This document shows, piece by piece, positions 29,643 to 38,579 of a stretch of DNA of 61,732 bases. The stretch is taken from the IMG/VR virus record IMGVR_UViG_3300030329_003372, positions 1 through 61,732 of that record; one strand, 5' to 3'. Position 1 is the stretch's first letter; every line of letters starts with the position of its first letter. The notes beneath the pieces are model-generated. The model was not told the DNA's origin and did not search any database. It saw only the letters and a list, made by a program, of their open reading frames with translations. The position numbers and the translations under genes were made by a program. Source of the DNA: a virus (taxonomy: Duplodnaviria; Caudoviricetes).

Positions 29643-29776
29643 GCCGTCACCTCCGCGCACATTTTGGCACAAGTCAAAGCATCCTTGTATTCGTAATAGA
29701 TTTGATTACAACCATGACAGCGATGATGCTGACAACCACATTCTGAAAGAATGTATTCTATTGCATACGCCCTCAC
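29639..29776 (-). CDS. Zn-finger microprotein cassette (45 aa)
   Basis: MRAYAIEYILSECGCQHHRCHGC...CAKMCAEVTA. Confidence 0.6.
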   Translation of the reverse strand: MRAYAIEYILSECGCQHHRCHGCNQIYYEYKDALTCAKMCAEVTA

Positions 29777-29943
29777 GCCGTCACCTCCACGCAATCGCAA
29801 TCATCCATATTCCAATCCTCACATATCTCACAGTATGTTGCGCGTTCAGATGCACGATATATCACACAACAATGACAAAGAGGGAAATGACCACTGATTT
29901 TCAACCATTGTGCTTGGCGTCCACAGCCTCTACATTTACTCAC
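29773..29943 (-). CDS. Zn-finger microprotein cassette (56 aa)
   Basis: MSKCRGC...CEIC...CDCVEVTA. Confidence 0.65.
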   Translation of the reverse strand: MSKCRGCGRQAQWLKISGHFPLCHCCVIYRASERATYCEICEDWNMDDCDCVEVTA

Positions 29944-30041
29944 GCCTTCACCTCCACGCATTTACATGGTTTTGTTGTAGGGTCATTTATATCCCATTCA
30001 TGGTCGCACTTGATACACCATCTCCCTGTCCATTCACTCAC
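29940..30041 (-). CDS. Zn-finger microprotein cassette (33 aa)
   Basis: MSEWTGRWCIKC...CKCVEVKA. Confidence 0.6.
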   Translation of the reverse strand: MSEWTGRWCIKCDHEWDINDPTTKPCKCVEVKA

Positions 30042-30181
30042 GCCGTCACCTCCACGCAATCACACTCTTGTGTGTTACAATCACAGGTCTGACACATAGG
30101 ACACCATGAATAGTCAGATACTGCTGTCCAACCACATTCGGGACACATTAGCGCATCAATTAGCATCACCCTTTTACTCAT
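30038..30181 (-). CDS. Zn-finger microprotein cassette (47 aa)
   Basis: MSKRV...CPEC...CPMC...CDCVEVTA. Confidence 0.65.
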   Translation of the reverse strand: MSKRVMLIDALMCPECGWTAVSDYSWCPMCQTCDCNTQECDCVEVTA

Positions 30182-30315
30182 GCCTTCACCTCCACGCCTA
30201 TTCGTTGCTTTCCACAACAAGTATCGTCTGTATTCTTCCAATCGAATAAACACACATGGAGTGTATTGCATACACTACACCAACGATAATCGCTATTCTG
30301 ACCACCATTCTTCAC
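30178..30315 (-). CDS. Zn-finger microprotein cassette (45 aa)
   Basis: MKNGG...CSVC...CCG...VEVKA. Confidence 0.6.
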   Translation of the reverse strand: MKNGGQNSDYRWCSVCNTLHVCLFDWKNTDDTCCGKQRIGVEVKA

Positions 30316-30518
30316 GCCGTCACCACCTCATCTAAGGAACCGACAAGTTGTATTCCACAATGACGACAAGTAACTGACAAGCGCATCTCAAACCTCTTAG
30401 TCTTTCCATGAATCACCCAATGTTCGCGACAAGGCCAACTTGAATCGAATACCCATTCACAATCCCCACCGACATTCTTCCCATCGGCATCTCCGGGGCA
30501 TTCGTAGTAATTGCTCAT
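30312..30518 (-). CDS. Zn-finger cassette protein (68 aa)
   Basis: CRHCG; ends EVVTA. Confidence 0.6.
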   Translation of the reverse strand: MSNYYECPGDADGKNVGGDCEWVFDSSWPCREHWVIHGKTKRFEMRLSVTCRHCGIQLVGSLDEVVTA

Positions 30519-30682
30519 TCCTTCACCCCCGGTGGGTTGGTATGTTCTAATTCACCGCTCATACACATACCACATCTTCTACAAACAATCCCAATCATAG
30601 GGGGTTCTAACCAATCAATCTCCCAATCATGATAATGGTCTACATTCATTGTGCTTTCGTCATCTATATCGCATCGCTTCAC
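30515..30682 (-). CDS. Zn-finger microprotein (55 aa)
   Basis: Manual translation: H-D-W...CRRCG. Confidence 0.55.
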   Translation of the reverse strand: MKRCDIDDESTMNVDHYHDWEIDWLEPPMIGIVCRRCGMCMSGELEHTNPPGVKE

Positions 30683-30927
30683 TTCTTCACCTCCGAGTGA
30701 CTATCACGCTCGCGTATCAGGCGAGCGCACTCTTCCAAAAACAATTGCTTCCATTTTGCTTGATACATATTTCCACCTTTCTCTCCATACTCATCTTGTG
30801 ATTCTATTTCTGTCCAACGATGAACGGGCCACGGTTTGTCGCTTGCATAGAATGGGTATCTTACCTCATAGCCATCAGCCACATGGTTGGCCCAATCTTC
30901 CTCCGCTTCCTTCACAGCCCTCTTCAT
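30679..30927 (-). CDS. Hypothetical protein (82 aa), leaderless first gene of the cassette operon
   Basis: ATG 29 nt below the start of TATTTAAA in promoter copy 4. Confidence 0.6.
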   Translation of the reverse strand: MKRAVKEAEEDWANHVADGYEVRYPFYASDKPWPVHRWTEIESQDEYGEKGGNMYQAKWKQLFLEECARLIRERDSHSEVKK

Positions 30928-30936
30928 CAATAACAA

Positions 30937-30960
30937 TTCTACTGTTGGTTTAAATATAAA
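30937..30960 (-). promoter_or_regulatory. Conserved viral TATA promoter, copy 4
   Basis: Perfect consensus. Confidence 0.85.
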
Positions 30961-30962
30961 AA

Positions 30963-31229
30963 TCAATTTTCGGCGTTCCGTTTCTTTTCTTCAACAGCAT
31001 CATCAATGTGTTCAAGCATCTCAACCAATGATGGAAGAAGCGAGCGCACTTGGTCGGGCGTCAATCGTAGACCTGACTTCGTGTGTTCGTAGCCATCATC
31101 CTTGCGACGCATGATGCGTAGGTCAATCATGTGACGCCCGCGAAATTCAACCCAAGCCAAGCGAGCGCGGCCCTTGCCGTCGTTCCACTTCCTCTCTTTG
31201 GAATCGTCAGCCCAATACTGCTTCTCCAC
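30963..31229 (-). CDS. PC4/p15-like ssDNA-binding protein
   Basis: EFRGRHMIDLRI...TKSGLRL PC4 signature. Confidence 0.75.
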   Translation of the reverse strand: MEKQYWADDSKERKWNDGKGRARLAWVEFRGRHMIDLRIMRRKDDGYEHTKSGLRLTPDQVRSLLPSLVEMLEHIDDAVEEKKRNAEN

Positions 31230-31233
31230 AGTA

Positions 31234-31482
31234 TCACCGCTTCTTGTCCCGTTGGTAAATGAAAAATTCGTCTAAAATGTCGCAGCCGTTGAGAGAATCT
31301 TCGTAGTAAAAGACCTTGCTGATATATTCAATGTGAGGATGAAGGCCCTCTTCACATTCTTTCGCTTTTCTTAGAGCGGCTCGCCATTGGCGACCTTCAT
31401 ACACTCCAACGTCGCCGTCGTTGTTTTCGTTATTGACATGGTATTCTATCCAACGTGCCATAGTATCACTCTTCTTCATCAC
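31234..31482 (-). CDS. Hypothetical protein
   Basis: ORF track; start uncertain. Confidence 0.45.
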   Translation of the reverse strand: MMKKSDTMARWIEYHVNNENNDGDVGVYEGRQWRAALRKAKECEEGLHPHIEYISKVFYYEDSLNGCDILDEFFIYQRDKKR

Positions 31483-32212
31483 TTACTTCGTCAGCCTTCT
31501 CAATGGCTTCAGGGAAGCGGCGTAGATTGTATGTTCCCCACATCCACGGCGGAACTTTGTCACCTGTTTCGGGTGACACAGAACCCAAGACAATGCCCGA
31601 CACACCTGCATCAGCCATCTCCTTCATCTGCATACGCGTGAGAGCCACGAACTTAGCACCGTCCGTATCATTCCACTGCATGAACAGTTCATCACCTGCA
31701 AGCAGGTTGTAATCATCAGGGTCCATGTTCACTTCTTTCTCACAGTTTGGACACGTGACGTTACAAGACCAAATCTCTACAGGCGTTGTATCACCATTCG
31801 ATAATAGAACATCTTTCTCTTCGATGAATACATCAGTGCGTTCGTCAAGGTTGAAGTTAGCGAGCGGTAATCCACACTCACACTTCCATCCTTGTGCGAT
31901 TGTTTGCTTCTCTTGGTATCGTTCTTCAGCATTCTGTTCAGGCGTGAGAGCGGGCGGTTGCTTTACGAAGCCGTCGCCCTCAATCATATCCACACCTGCT
32001 GCTTCAAACAGTTTCACGAATCGTCGGTGGTGTTCATACGCAGTAGGGTGGTCAATCATACGCATCAGCGCGAATGTATCTTCGTCCTGTCGAACGTATG
32101 TGCAGCCGGATTCATCCGGCGACCACACGCCGCCGATGCCTATACCTGCGAAATGTTGCTTCGCCCATTCAACCAATTCTTCTGCCGGTTCCCATGTATC
32201 ATCTCTATCCAT
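31466..32212 (-). CDS. Hypothetical protein with Zn ribbon
   Basis: CECG...CPNC; GGTGAGG SD before ATG 32212. Confidence 0.6.
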   Translation of the reverse strand: MDRDDTWEPAEELVEWAKQHFAGIGIGGVWSPDESGCTYVRQDEDTFALMRMIDHPTAYEHHRRFVKLFEAAGVDMIEGDGFVKQPPALTPEQNAEERYQEKQTIAQGWKCECGLPLANFNLDERTDVFIEEKDVLLSNGDTTPVEIWSCNVTCPNCEKEVNMDPDDYNLLAGDELFMQWNDTDGAKFVALTRMQMKEMADAGVSGIVLGSVSPETGDKVPPWMWGTYNLRRFPEAIEKADEVSDEEE

Positions 32213-32702
32213 TGTCCTCACCGTTGTCCTCAACGAGTGTGGCGTCACTTATCAAATCTTGTATCTTTTTCGCCGCCCTTTCATATTGTTCGTAATGTTC
32301 CACAATATCACAGAAGGCGTAGAGTGCTTCTTCGCTACCAAAATCTATGAACAAATCTTCCCAATCGTGACAGACCCTGTATTGTAATTTGATTATCAAA
32401 GGCACTAAATCTTCAGGGATTCCGAACCAACTTGCTAACGAAGCCGATGCAGATTGGTCGTAGCCGCTTTCTATGTTACGAAGTATACCGAGCCAATAAC
32501 CGGGGGCGTTGAAACCGCCGATGTAACCCCTCTCTTCAGGTTTCATGTGATACTCATACCATCGTTGTGCGGGGCCGCTTTTTCCCATGAATTTGTATTC
32601 GCTGTCCTTCGGTGTCATGCGTTCGGGTGGCCCATCATCATCATACCTGTCAGCATAGTGAGCGTGTGTGCGTTTGATGGAAAGTGGTTTACCGAGGCTC
32701 AT
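32205..32702 (-). CDS. Hypothetical protein
   Basis: Coupled ORF. Confidence 0.55.
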   Translation of the reverse strand: MSLGKPLSIKRTHAHYADRYDDDGPPERMTPKDSEYKFMGKSGPAQRWYEYHMKPEERGYIGGFNAPGYWLGILRNIESGYDQSASASLASWFGIPEDLVPLIIKLQYRVCHDWEDLFIDFGSEEALYAFCDIVEHYEQYERAAKKIQDLISDATLVEDNGEDNG

Positions 32703-34447
32703 TCCTCATCACCTTCCTTCTTGGGCGCGGCCACAGTCTTTGTCTTCACGGGCGTAGACCAACTCATGAACTTGTCTTTGTGATTCTCCAACACCGATGG
32801 TGCTGCTGTCACGAACAACTTGTTCACTTCCTTTGGACTCATGTAATCTTCAGGGTCAATCTCCGCCTTCATTTGGAACGCGGAACTCACTGTAGTATAC
32901 GTGACTGTGTAATTCGGTCGTGGCGCAAACTCACCCTCCGTGTATACACGATTCTTCACAACGGCCCCATCAGTCTTGAGCAAACCATTCACGATTTGCG
33001 TCGCTGCTGCCTTCGCTGCCTCTTTCGTATGGAACAAGAGAACCTTAGAGAAGTCAAGCACATCATTTGTGCTATATCCATAGTAACTCTTGACCCTTGT
33101 AGATACCTTGAATGTGTGCATCACAAGGTCATTTTCTTCAGCAGGTCGCCAAGCAAAATTGGACATATCCATGCCGTAGGATTGTTTTGTTTCGTATGCA
33201 TACCATTCCCAACCATTCTCAACGTCACCTGCCTTTCGGTTCTTGGTGCGTGTCGTCTGAATGTGTGCGTGAACATTTGCGAGCCAACCCCAATCCTTCC
33301 ACTTGTAGATAGCGTTGTTACCTCGTTGCTTGTTCACAAGGTTCTCGCTATCACACGCTGAACAGTTGGTTGCGCTCGGTAGATGGTCTACTGTTGAACC
33401 ACAATCACCACACCGCTTGAGATACATCTTACGAACGATACCCCAATTGCGGCGGGACATACGACCCAACGCTTTCCTAATCATGGATAGAACCTTCTTG
33501 TCATCCACCTTGCGTAGCATGGAACGACGTTGTGAGTCCCATGAAACCCATTTTGTAGAGTAGCATGGTTTACCTGTTGCGGGGATAACCTTGCTCCCGC
33601 TTGTGCGCTCACCTCGTTGTTGAAGCATATTGTCGTTCCAATTACTACTACAGGGTGCATTCGTATACAATTCTTGCATTTCACCATTAACCACATACAT
33701 GGCCCAACCTGTTGTTGTAACCTTGTCGTGATGGCGACACTTCTCGCCTTCCTTTTTCTTACACTGACCGAGTGTGTTGTCTACAAAAAACATTTGACCG
33801 CCGCTGCTTTTCACAGCCGCACCTGCATCAAGATACTGCTTGACACTTGGACAAATCGCTGAAAGATATTTCTTGTAAACCTCCATTGGTGTGTCTGTAT
33901 CTTTGGCTACAGTATCACCCATGTTGTGCATGAAATCTCTACGACAACCGTTCAACAACCGATACTTCGTCACATCAGACAGGTCTTTGAAAACTTCCGC
34001 GTTCAAGTGTGTTTCGTTAATTTTGCTACCCGATACGTCTACTACAACCACATCAGCGTCCTTGAAATAACGAATCTTTTCCGCCTTGTTGAATTTGTAT
34101 ACCGTAACATTCACTTCATCATGTCCACATGATTCCGCATCCATATCACTGTGCATTCCATAACCAATGGCACGTGAATCTTCGATGAGATACGCTGCAC
34201 GTGTATAGTCCGATAGCAAATCTTTGGGTGAAACACCCTCCGTATCTGCACCTACCGAACCAAGTTCGTAAGCGACGGCTGCATCCATCGCACGACAGTT
34301 CTTCATCACATCAGCAGTTCTCGCAAGAGTCTGCTGCGTAACAATATCATCGTCGGTAAATCGTAGTTTCGTGCCTACGACACCTGCCTTCTCCCATCTC
34401 TCCCATATTTGCTGTCCTGTGTAAAATCGTCTTGCTCTTCCGCTCAT
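32699..34447 (-). CDS. Large hypothetical protein with a CGDC..CSAC Zn finger
   Basis: 582-aa ORF. Confidence 0.65.
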   Translation of the reverse strand: MSGRARRFYTGQQIWERWEKAGVVGTKLRFTDDDIVTQQTLARTADVMKNCRAMDAAVAYELGSVGADTEGVSPKDLLSDYTRAAYLIEDSRAIGYGMHSDMDAESCGHDEVNVTVYKFNKAEKIRYFKDADVVVVDVSGSKINETHLNAEVFKDLSDVTKYRLLNGCRRDFMHNMGDTVAKDTDTPMEVYKKYLSAICPSVKQYLDAGAAVKSSGGQMFFVDNTLGQCKKKEGEKCRHHDKVTTTGWAMYVVNGEMQELYTNAPCSSNWNDNMLQQRGERTSGSKVIPATGKPCYSTKWVSWDSQRRSMLRKVDDKKVLSMIRKALGRMSRRNWGIVRKMYLKRCGDCGSTVDHLPSATNCSACDSENLVNKQRGNNAIYKWKDWGWLANVHAHIQTTRTKNRKAGDVENGWEWYAYETKQSYGMDMSNFAWRPAEENDLVMHTFKVSTRVKSYYGYSTNDVLDFSKVLLFHTKEAAKAAATQIVNGLLKTDGAVVKNRVYTEGEFAPRPNYTVTYTTVSSAFQMKAEIDPEDYMSPKEVNKLFVTAAPSVLENHKDKFMSWSTPVKTKTVAAPKKEGDEE

Positions 34448-35250
34448 GCTAACACCTCCAATTCAATGTAATCGTATCGTTCTTCTTCGTCTTCAGGATT
34501 TCTCCAATCGTATTCGTTTAAGTCTGTTGTAATGTGACAACCATAGTATTCGCCATGATAATTGAATTTCGGTTTGATAATTTTGGTTTTGTTGGCATTC
34601 CAAAATGGACCCTTCGCCCCCACCGCGTAACTCTTCAACTCTCCCATATACGGTAGGAACGAATCGTCGTTTGTGTATATGTGTTGACCAGAAGTTCCAA
34701 CGTAGTTGATGTAACCATTCGTCAAGATTGCTTTAACATCTACAATCTCGGCTTTGCCATCTGCAAAGTGAATTTCATTATCCACCAATCCCAATGCTTC
34801 TGTATAATTGGCAATCGAGATATTTGAGTTCGCGGCTGACCATGTATATTTGTCCGTGTAACCTTCATTGGTCTGCAAGACCCCGCCATTTTCTTTCTGC
34901 GTATATGAATAAACATACGCTTGCGCCTTCTTTTGTCCAACCATGTTCTCAAAGGCTTCAGCCACAGGTATGATAACATCCTGTTCCTTACCATCCCTAC
35001 TCACTGAAAACATCACTAATCGGTTCCAATTCGCCCGTTGGTGGTAAGTGTTATTATGACTATTATCGCCCACGATACCTTCACCTTGTTGTGATACACG
35101 ATACATCCTCGCGCTCTTCTCACTCTTTTTCAAATACGTGTATGTGTAACTACTGCCATCTGCCTTCGCTGCCCATACGTGTTTTAGTTGCTTGCCCGTC
35201 GTAGGGTCTACCACTTTCTTTGCTATTTTGTGTTGTGTCCATGTTACCAT
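34444..35250 (-). CDS. Hypothetical protein
   Basis: First ORF after promoter copy 5. Confidence 0.6.
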   Translation of the reverse strand: MVTWTQHKIAKKVVDPTTGKQLKHVWAAKADGSSYTYTYLKKSEKSARMYRVSQQGEGIVGDNSHNNTYHQRANWNRLVMFSVSRDGKEQDVIIPVAEAFENMVGQKKAQAYVYSYTQKENGGVLQTNEGYTDKYTWSAANSNISIANYTEALGLVDNEIHFADGKAEIVDVKAILTNGYINYVGTSGQHIYTNDDSFLPYMGELKSYAVGAKGPFWNANKTKIIKPKFNYHGEYYGCHITTDLNEYDWRNPEDEEERYDYIELEVLA

Positions 35251-35267
35251 TTTTTCACCATCCCAAA

Positions 35268-35291
35268 TTCTACTGTTGGTTTAAATATAAA
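35268..35291 (-). promoter_or_regulatory. Conserved viral TATA promoter, copy 5
   Basis: Perfect consensus. Confidence 0.85.
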
Positions 35292-35296
35292 ATTGG

Positions 35297-35800
35297 TCAG
35301 TCCAACGATTTCAATAACTGAAGGTGGAAAGACAGACGTTCGTTCATAAGCGTCTGCCACTGACGCTTCATGCTTGGTCGTGCTTCATACATGGCCGTTA
35401 AGGTCTTACTGTGTGGCAACATCTCGTATTCTTCATACGTCATTCCATTGAATAATTTCCCTAATTCTTCAAAACCGCTATGCTTGATTTCTTCCAAGTG
35501 CCGCATGACCACGTAAGCAATCGTGCCTGTGCGGTCACGACCATGAATACAATGCAACACTACGTCACGCCCTTCGTCTAACAGTTTCATCACCTTCTGT
35601 GCGGCGGCTGTCCAATTCGCTAAGGGTGTGAACTTCTTGTAGGATAGGTAGTGACAATAGGTTTCCCCATGCCATTGACGATGCGGCTTATCGCATAGTG
35701 TAACAACGGCGGGGTTGTCTATGCCTTCGACTGTTTCCATGAAGTCGTTGAGTCCACACATCGTGAGTGTGCCGTTGCCTACTTCGATTGGTGTGTTCAT
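35297..35800 (-). CDS. Cys-based (PTP/dual-specificity) phosphatase
   Basis: VVLHCIHGRDRTG = HCx5R motif. Confidence 0.8.
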   Translation of the reverse strand: MNTPIEVGNGTLTMCGLNDFMETVEGIDNPAVVTLCDKPHRQWHGETYCHYLSYKKFTPLANWTAAAQKVMKLLDEGRDVVLHCIHGRDRTGTIAYVVMRHLEEIKHSGFEELGKLFNGMTYEEYEMLPHSKTLTAMYEARPSMKRQWQTLMNERLSFHLQLLKSLD

Positions 35801-36108
35801 TCAATCCTCTCCTTGTATTCCTCGTAAGTTTCAATGTCACAATGACCACCATCGAAGATGGATTCAATGTAGGCATTCAACCGCTTGACTTCTGCGAGTA
35901 GTAGTGGTGCGTCTGCTATGAGTTGTGCATTAACATCTGTGCATCCACATTTACTCGGTTGGGTATCTATGATGTGGAGGCGTTGCCCTTCTGCCCTTCC
36001 TTTCCAAACCAAATCCCCTATCGCAATATGCTTTTTGTTGATTTTTATTTTTCCCCTAAGTTCCCACGGTCCCGGTATGTGTCCTTCGTATTTGTCTGTG
36101 TCAATCAT
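35797..36108 (-). CDS. MIDTDKY-family paralogue 6
   Basis: MIDTDKYEGHIPGPW...AQLIADAPLLLAEVKRL. Confidence 0.7.
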   Translation of the reverse strand: MIDTDKYEGHIPGPWELRGKIKINKKHIAIGDLVWKGRAEGQRLHIIDTQPSKCGCTDVNAQLIADAPLLLAEVKRLNAYIESIFDGGHCDIETYEEYKERIE

Positions 36109-36448
36109 TCTTTCGCCCCCAAACCCTGTCCTGTATTCCATCTGTCCATTCTTTCCACCGTTCTTCAAAGTCATTTTTTCCATAATGTTGGAAGAAGAAG
36201 TCCTTGCTTCTCGGTGTTACAATTTGAACTTGAATAATCTTACGCAATCGCTTGACTTCTGCAAGGAGAAGTGGTGCGTCTGCTATGAGTTGTGCGTCTG
36301 CTTCCTTATCTATTGAATAGGAAAGCCTCCGGTGTCTTTCTGTGATAATGTATTTGTTACGACCCGGCCCTTTCAGTAATATCGAATCTTTTTTGGGCCA
36401 TCCCCACGGCCCCGGCGTGTGTCCTTCGTATTTGTCTGTGTCAATCAT
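36101..36448 (-). CDS. MIDTDKY-family paralogue 5
   Basis: HTPGPW...DAQLIADAPLLLAEVKRL. Confidence 0.7.
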   Translation of the reverse strand: MIDTDKYEGHTPGPWGWPKKDSILLKGPGRNKYIITERHRRLSYSIDKEADAQLIADAPLLLAEVKRLRKIIQVQIVTPRSKDFFFQHYGKNDFEERWKEWTDGIQDRVWGRKND

Positions 36449-36729
36449 TCATCCACCTCCGGTAGTATTCCAAGATAATCGCACCATTCCAGCAACACAT
36501 CTTCGTGATAAATGCCTAACCAATCTTCAAGTCTGAAGTTTTGTTCAAATAACTTAAGCACTTCACGCAACCGCTTGACTTCTGCGAGTAGGTCAAGAGC
36601 ATTACCATAAAACTCATACGCATATTGTATTGCTAATTCTTTGTGCATATCACCACACGCAATATCATTACAGAACTCCTTGTTCATTCTATGCTCTAAT
36701 TTCTCTTCGTATTTGTCTGTGTCAATCAT
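36445..36729 (-). CDS. MIDTDKY-family paralogue 4
   Basis: MIDTDKYE...DLLAEVKRL. Confidence 0.7.
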   Translation of the reverse strand: MIDTDKYEEKLEHRMNKEFCNDIACGDMHKELAIQYAYEFYGNALDLLAEVKRLREVLKLFEQNFRLEDWLGIYHEDVLLEWCDYLGILPEVDE

Positions 36730-37070
36730 TCATCATCACTCTCTCTTAGTTGGGAACACATATAACAAACCCAACCCCATTGGGTATGATGAGGGTGTTG
36801 CATTATCTGTTCTTCAATAAGCCAATTCTTACACCCATCACATTCAACCAATAGGTTAGCCTCTAACACATCACGCAACCTCTTCACTTCTTCACGCAAC
36901 CGCTTGTAGTCTGCGAGCAGTAGTGGTGCGTCTGCTATGAGTTGTGCGTCTGCAAGTTTGGGTGGAATTAACTCAATGTCACCCGGTAACACCACTGCGT
37001 GATAAGCAGCCGCCGAGTATTGTTCCCACGGCCCTCTCGTATGTCCTTCGTATTTGTCTGTGTCAATCAT
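36726..37070 (-). CDS. MIDTDKY-family paralogue 3 with C-terminal Zn finger
   Basis: HTRGPW...ADAPLLL...CDGC...CYMC. Confidence 0.7.
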   Translation of the reverse strand: MIDTDKYEGHTRGPWEQYSAAAYHAVVLPGDIELIPPKLADAQLIADAPLLLADYKRLREEVKRLRDVLEANLLVECDGCKNWLIEEQIMQHPHHTQWGWVCYMCSQLRESDDE

Positions 37071-37420
37071 TCTTCTTCATCTCCTTCTATGTAGTCCTCG
37101 TAGTCCATCATCGCTGAATCGCTTTGTCCGGCAAGGGAATGTATAATTTTCTTCGCTCTCACAAGTTGCTCGCGCATTCGCTTAATCTCTTCAAGCAGAA
37201 GTGGTGCGTCTGCTATGAGTTGTGCATTGGCTTCAGTTGAAGCGACTACACCAACATCATGACAGAAATCTTCGTGTCGGTATTCTTCACCGAAGTCACG
37301 GATATTGTCCCAATCGTCTGACATTTCTTTATCAAACCAATAGATTTTCCAACTTGAAAAGTAACCCCTAAGTTTCCACGGCCCTTGTGTGTGTCCTTCG
37401 TATTTGTCTGTGTCAATCAT
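37067..37420 (-). CDS. MIDTDKY-family paralogue 2
   Basis: HTQGPW...ANAQLIADAPLLL. Confidence 0.7.
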   Translation of the reverse strand: MIDTDKYEGHTQGPWKLRGYFSSWKIYWFDKEMSDDWDNIRDFGEEYRHEDFCHDVGVVASTEANAQLIADAPLLLEEIKRMREQLVRAKKIIHSLAGQSDSAMMDYEDYIEGDEEE

Positions 37421-37635
37421 TCTTCTTCATCTCCTTCATGTAAAACATAACGTCGTATATCATCAATCAAGAATTTCAACTTAACCGTATCTGACATACG
37501 TGTGCTACCCTCAAGGAAGGTCAAAGCGTTCTTGATAATACCACGTATCTTCTTGACTTCCTCAACTGCATTCAGATAGAAAATCATTTCTTGCTTTGAG
37601 CAATACCCTCCCTTTACATTGTCTGTGTCAATCAT
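37417..37635 (-). CDS. MIDTD-family paralogue 1 (72 aa)
   Basis: MIDTDN start at an ATGA overlap. Confidence 0.6.
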   Translation of the reverse strand: MIDTDNVKGGYCSKQEMIFYLNAVEEVKKIRGIIKNALTFLEGSTRMSDTVKLKFLIDDIRRYVLHEGDEEE

Positions 37636-38015
37636 TCTTCCATCTCCTTTTGCTTCTTCCATACTCCATCTTCCAAATAGAAGGCTTCGCTCTTAGGGGC
37701 GTTTTCACCCCATACATAAGGCCCTCTTTGGAGTGCCTTAATTTCCTCGCAAAGAAAGCATTTGCCTTCAATGCCACCACATACCTTTTCTTCGTGGAGT
37801 GTGCAACCTTCGTCAAAGGGGTCCATTCTGTAACTCATTATTTCAATGACCTTATTCAACCGCTTGACTTCTGCGAGCAGGTCATTCATGAGTTCCGATG
37901 CTGTGAGAATATATCCCATCAAATCTACTGCTTCTATTGGGTCGTCATCACTCTTGTTCGGTGTCCAACGCATCAAAGCGTCGCGTCGTTTTTGAAATTC
38001 TTCTATGTCACTCAA
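37632..38015 (-). CDS. Paralogue carrying block B only (DLLAEVKRL)
   Basis: Shares the block B remnant at 37857-37880. Confidence 0.6.
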   Translation of the reverse strand: MSDIEEFQKRRDALMRWTPNKSDDDPIEAVDLMGYILTASELMNDLLAEVKRLNKVIEIMSYRMDPFDEGCTLHEEKVCGGIEGKCFLCEEIKALQRGPYVWGENAPKSEAFYLEDGVWKKQKEMEE

Positions 38016-38225
38016 TTACTCGTCCTCCTGTGCCATTTCGTCAATCCATCCTCTAATCTCATCCACATCTGCACCGAACACTTTCTCATACAGTTCATAG
38101 AAATCATCGGCGGCTTCCCAACCTACTGATTCAACCATCATCTCAACCGTATCTCGGTCATATTCTCCTACGTATTGGGATGCTACAAAGCAAGCCAATC
38201 TTGTCATTCTCCCGTAGTCACTCAT
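38016..38225 (-). CDS. Hypothetical acidic protein
   Basis: Coupled ORF. Confidence 0.5.
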   Translation of the reverse strand: MSDYGRMTRLACFVASQYVGEYDRDTVEMMVESVGWEAADDFYELYEKVFGADVDEIRGWIDEMAQEDE

Positions 38226-38536
38226 CTATGCTCAACTCCATAATCATACATGACCGCCCACATACGTTCAAACGCTCTCTTCAAATTCGTTTCATCCACG
38301 CTATTCTTGAAATTGTCATAATCAATCCCTTCGATATACTGCATGACTACCTGCGCTACATTGAGGCGTGGTATCACGCTCCTATACGGGTAGTCTGCGT
38401 CCGGGTTATGAACAACCTCCACATCCGGCCAAAAGGTAGAGATATGCCTCTCTCTACGCGCCCGCACCAATAGGTCATCGGGTCTTTCTCGGTGAGCCAC
38501 TATGCTCAACCATCCATTACTGTGTCCAAACCACAT
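38222..38536 (-). CDS. Conserved phage-type hypothetical protein (MW...VRAR...DYPYR...DYDNFK), leaderless
   Basis: Start reassigned to ATG 38536, 29 nt below the TATA of promoter copy 6. Confidence 0.65.
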   Translation of the reverse strand: MWFGHSNGWLSIVAHRERPDDLLVRARRERHISTFWPDVEVVHNPDADYPYRSVIPRLNVAQVVMQYIEGIDYDNFKNSVDETNLKRAFERMWAVMYDYGVEHR

Positions 38537-38545
38537 CAATAGAAA

Positions 38546-38569
38546 TTCTACTGTTGGTTTAAATATAAA
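38546..38569 (-). promoter_or_regulatory. Conserved viral TATA promoter, copy 6
   Basis: Perfect consensus. Confidence 0.85.
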
Positions 38570-38579
38570 AATGAGATTT

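Larger units (their letters stand above)
28926..30325 (-). repeat. Nine copies of an ~18-bp gene-junction repeat GGAGGTGA(C/A)GGC(G/A)TGAGT
   Basis: Copies at ~28928, 29014, 29385, 29639, 29773, 29940, 30038, 30178 and 30312; each combines SD, stop and overlapping start. Confidence 0.85.
35878..37880 (-). repeat. Two interleaved DNA repeat families (blocks A and B) in tandem paralogues
   Basis: Block A (~30 bp) at 36081, 36421, 36705, 37043, 37393 and 37619. Block B core GTGGTGCGTCTGCTATGAGTTGTGC identical at 35904, 36271, 36923 and 37201. Confidence 0.9.

Noticed and set aside
28926-30325. Junction repeats as a CRISPR array
   Set aside because: Repeats are ~18 bp and degenerate, spacing varies from ~85 to 370 bp, and the spacers are intact ORFs.
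35797-38015. Diversity-generating retroelement (TR/VR)
   Set aside because: No reverse transcriptase in the window, and the variable parts are non-homologous rather than A-specific variants.
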